Origin: Protoeuglena noctilucae
Lineage: Eukaryota
Direction of reading: 5' to 3'
NCBI GenBank assembly: GCA_958009085.1
Contig: OY253668.1
Location: forward strand, 248,001-312,000
Length of the DNA: 64,000 nt
In this document: positions 59,994 to 64,000 of the stretch, piece by piece
Layout of the letters: each line of letters opens with the position of its first letter
Numbering within the stretch: the first letter of the stretch is position 1
The notes under the pieces: generated by a model
Told to the model about the DNA's origin: nothing
Database searches by the model: none
The model's input: only the letters and a program-made list of their open reading frames with translations
Translations under genes and position numbers: made by a program

Positions 59994-62891
59994 TCATACC
60001 TTGATGGGGACGCCGATGTAGTGTGGCTGGATTTGCAGCGGCAGCTTCTCCAGCGGCTGGTGCGGGATCACGAAGGGCCACTGCGACACACGAGCCATGG
60101 CAGCGCTCGGCACCCTGCCCCTCGAGACATATACGTGCAATTCTGCGCCATCCCACCGCACCTGCCCCTCCACGTCGATGAGCCTCTGCCGCGCCGCGTT
60201 CCTCTCCCGCATCTGCTCCTCCCACGACCGCCGCAGGGCCGCCATCCGCTCGGCCTTCGCCTCCGCCTCCTGTGCCCTCGCCGCGTCCCGGGCCGCCTGG
60301 TCCGCCGTGACCCTGCAGCAAAGGGACCCGGCAGATGGCGTGCACTGTCGCGCTAGCCAGAACCTAGAAGTGGCAGGGCACGTGAGGAAGGTAGCAGGGT
60401 GGACCGTCCCAACGCAGGCTGGCGTGTGCCTCTACCCCAGCCGCCGCTCCGGCCCTCACCTCGCCCGCGCCTCCTCGGTGTCCAGCGCCCGCATCACCGC
60501 GCGCGTCTCGTTCTTCTGCCGGACCTGCTCGTCCAGCACCGCCGCCGTGTCGGGGCGGCGGAACTCGTGCGACGCCCGGGCGGCGTCCCACGCCCGGCGC
60601 ATCAGCGGGTCCTGCCCGACCTTGGGCGTCACGTCCGACGCGATGCCGTCCTTGGTGCGGGACGAGATCATGCGCGCGCTGCTCCACCCGCGTGCGTGGT
60701 ACAGCCGGTCGAAGTGCGCCTTGTTGAAGGCGTCGCAGTCGGCACGGGACACCCCCCGAGAGGACCAAGGGTCGAAGTAGTCCAGGCCGGGCGCCAGGAC
60801 TGCGGGGGCGCGCAGGGTGGGCATCGGTTGCAACGCGGGGGGTGGCGCACCGCACGGAATGGCACGCGTATGGCGGGGTGTTCGCAGAGGCCGGGGACGC
60901 ACCGGGGGCGTCGGGGTGCGTGATGGGCTCCTCGTCCATCCAAGCGAACCGGGGCCCGGACGTCGGCGGGCGGATGGGCTGCGGCGGCCCCGCCAGCGCC
61001 GCCGCGGGGGCGACGTGGGAAGGGAGCGGCGCAGACGCCCGCACTGGCTCGGGGGCGGTCGGCGGGGCCGGGCGGGCCGCCTCGGGCACCGCGGCAGGGG
61101 CCTTGGCCGCGACCGCGGTCGGCACGGGGCCCCTCCCGGGCGCAGAGGGTGCGTCGGCCGGCACCTTCGGCGCCGGGGCAGCGTCCCTGGGGGCGGGACC
61201 CATGCCCGGGATGGAGGCAGCAGGGGGGCGCGCGGGGGGCGGGGAAAGCTCCTCTCGCTCCCGCTCGACCCGGATGCCCCCCGGCCCGTCCTGGATGCTG
61301 AGGATCTGCACCGTGTGACCCGCGCGGGGGTCCGGCCGAGGCGGGGCTTCCGAGGCGCGGGGCGGCGGGCGGGGCCCCGCGGAGTCCGCGGTGCTGGGCT
61401 CCGGGAGCAGGTCGCGGACGAGCGGTGCGTGCGGGCGTCCCTCGACGCCCCGCGCGCCCTGGATGGCGTGCGTGAAGGCCTCCAGGAAGGTCCCGTACTG
61501 CACGAGCTTGCCGGAGCGCCCGAAGGTGTGCAGGGAGAGCATGTCGAAGACGGACCCCGCGTCCACGAGCAGCAGCGCCGGCCGGCAGTGCTCGAACAGC
61601 CAGTCCTCCAGCATGAGGCGCGGCACGCAGCCACTCTGCAGGGGGTGGGCCCAGGGCGCCATGCGAGAGCTGAGGCCGGCGGCCAGGAACGTACACGGAG
61701 GTCCCGTGCGCTGCCGGGCCACGCTGGCGGCGGCGGCGTCGCACCTTGGTGTGGTCGGCCTCCCGGCAGAGGCGCTTGAGGTGGTGAACCGCGGCTGACA
61801 GCGGGGTCGACGGGCGGGGCTCGTCGTCCCGGCGCGCCTTGACCCGGTTGCCCGAGTCGTCCCCACCCTGCTTCTTCCGGATGCTCTCCATCAACTCGGC
61901 GTCGAACCGGAAGGCCACCCGGCCCCGCGAGTCGGTGAGGAGCGTGCCGACGCCCGGGAAGGCGACGTTTAAGGTGGTGCGCGACTTGAGGCGCACGCCC
62001 AGGCGCACCGACAGCTCCTTCACCACCTGCAGCGGGCGGCGGAGTGGGATCGGGTGCCTGGTGCGGGTGCTTGAGGCGGCAAGCGGGGGCCGTGGCTGCT
62101 ACTGCGGGGCTTCACGCGGCCCAAGGGTCATGTCGACAGCCGCGGCAGGCAGCGCGGGTGACCTGCGCGGCGAGGACGCGGTGGACGGACGCGGCTTTGG
62201 CGATGGCGACGTAGGACGGCTGGCAAGCGGCCCCCCCGGTGGAGGGGGCGTGCTTGCCGATGTGCTTGGGGACGGCGGCAAAGCGGCCGGCCAGGAGCTC
62301 GAAGAAGGGTCGCACAAGGGACATCTTCTGTCCGGTGGCCGTATCGAGGGCCTTGCACACCAGGAAGGACCCGAGGAAGGGCACGGAGACGTTCTGCAAG
62401 GGAGAGGAGGGGCGGCCCGACGTTCGACGAGTGAGCGAGGAAGCATTGGGTCGCAGGGGCCACGACGACAATAGGCGGAGTATCACCTTGCCGATGAGGA
62501 GGTTGCGCCTCACGAAATCGCTCAGGCCCGCCCACACGCCCTTGACTGTTGCAAGGGTGAGCTGCTCATGCTTCCTGCCCCACGCGCTGCAGCGGACAAG
62601 GAAGTCATGGGCTCTTCTGATAGATTAGTGATGACGGACACCCAGGTCAAGGGCTCATGCTGAGAGAGAGCGTACACGGGCTGGAGGGAGGCCGTTCCGC
62701 ACAAACATTTCGTGCCTGGCCGTGGGGCTTGGGTGCACGGGGGAGCGCATCTGCAGCATTGACCGCCACCGCAAGGAGAGCATGCGACCGCCTGCGGGGC
62801 CGTCCGTCCCCCACCTGTCCAGGAGCTCTTGTCCTAGGCTGTTGTTGTCCACCACGCGCCCGGCCACAGAGACACGGTCCTCGGCCGCCAT
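59994..62891 (-). CDS. CCDC81: CCDC81-like protein (two HU-like domains, Pro/Ala-rich linker, coiled coil)
   Basis: VKGVWAGLSDFVRRNLLIGK|NVSVPFLGSF...RPFF; PSYVAIAK...VVKELSVRLG...VAFPGVGTLL...VAFRFDAEL follow the HU-CCDC81 pattern. Coiled-coil C-terminus; exact 3' end uncertain. Confidence 0.7.
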
Positions 62892-63249
62892 GAAACCCCC
62901 ACGCGCCTAACTTCACGTTCAAAATCGCCCGGGGAGCGTTGGACGCCAGCGTGGAGGGCGAGACGGAGAGAAAATGCCTGCAGGTCCGCGTGATTTGAAA
63001 AATGCACCGCCAAACGACAGGTCGCGTCGCCTGTGATGTCTTGGGAACTCGTGCCCCTCGCGACCGCTCGCTGCTGAAACACGCTTCCACCTCTGGGCCG
63101 ACCTGACACATCTGGCAAGTAAGGGCTGCACGCAAGTGGGCTTAGTGGCCGTGAGCCCCCGTCCTCGACCACCACCTGTGTCGCGGAGCGCAACATCTGC
63201 CCCGGCCTGCGGCTGCCGCCTCGAGTTTCTTCCAGGGGAGGTGTCGCGC

Positions 63250-64000
63250 ATGCAGGGCGCAGCAATATCCGCTGCCCGGGCTCGGGTGGCCTGCCATAGC
63301 CATGCGCTGGCGAGACCCTGGGTTCCACGCGTCTCGCGTTGGAAGCCTGCCCCGCCCCGAGCGCCTGCCCGGCAGCATTGTCGGCAGCTGCGCGGCGCCC
63401 CTCTCGCGCGGGCCTGGCGCGATCGCGAGCGCGATGTGGACTTGGACTGGCAGAACGTCCGCATGGATGGCGACGAGCGGCTGGAGAACGTGAGCCGCCG
63501 CCCGCGCGGCTGCCCTGCGCGCGACGTCGACGTCCGCGTCGCTTTTGCTGAGAACGGGCCCGTCACTGAACGGCCCTGGCCATGCCGCCAGGTTCTGGAC
63601 ACCGTTCGCAATCGCGAGCTCGCTCGCAGAGGATGAGGCGCGCGCTGGAGGACGAGGGGGACGACCATGAAACGCGCACGCCCGTCGTCCTTCGGGTCGT
63701 GGAGCGCACGTTGGCGGTGCTCGACGCGGGCGCGGGGCGATTGACGGACATCGTTGAGGCCCTGCTGCCCCGCGACGTGGAGATCTCGCGGCCCACACTC
63801 GAGATCGTTGTGAAGGTGTGCGGCACGAGGGTGCTGCGGGTCGCCGGGCCTGGCCCGTCGCGCCCTTCAAAGGCACTATGCTGTCTTGCGCGCAGGGGAC
63901 GCTCGTCCTAGGGGCCATCTCCGTCCTGCGGAGCATCCTGGGGTTCATCGTGGGGACGGGGGCCATCGCGCTGGCCTACTACGCCTGGTCTGGGGCCAAG
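63250..64000 (+). CDS. Hypothetical plastid membrane protein (3' end beyond window)
   Basis: Transit-peptide-like MQGAAISAARARV...; GT-AG introns at ~63490-63629 and ~63816-63895; hydrophobic segment GTLVLGAISVLRSILGFIVGTGAIALAYYAW. Confidence 0.55.

Overview
This is gene-dense, very GC-rich eukaryotic nuclear DNA with many short spliceosomal introns. It is most likely from a unicellular, probably flagellated green alga, judging from plant-type starch enzymes, plastid/thylakoid transit peptides, and CCDC81 and KBP homologues. I reconstructed about 26 multi-exon protein-coding genes by eye from splice signals and conserved motifs, so exon boundaries and starts are approximate. They include CGI121, an ERGIC/Erv41-46 protein, a plant C2HC zinc finger, an alpha/beta hydrolase, alpha-amylase, an SNase/ExoI-type nuclease, an F-box + Yippee-like protein, BSD, KBP, OTU, an aspartic protease, RNase III, MAM33, SRPK, a TMX-like protein, WDR89, pullulanase, AAR2, a SET protein, a PstS-like protein and CCDC81. 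I found no tRNA, rRNA, CRISPR array or recognisable transposon. The main observations are: (1) at least 15 non-canonical GC-AG introns sharing an AG|GCGAG donor; (2) a membrane-anchored PstS-fold protein whose phosphate-binding residues appear replaced; (3) an F-box protein with two Yippee/CULT-like zinc-binding domains lying 133 nt downstream of another gene, a bicistron candidate; (4) a bacterial-type nuclease with a thylakoid-lumen-like presequence.
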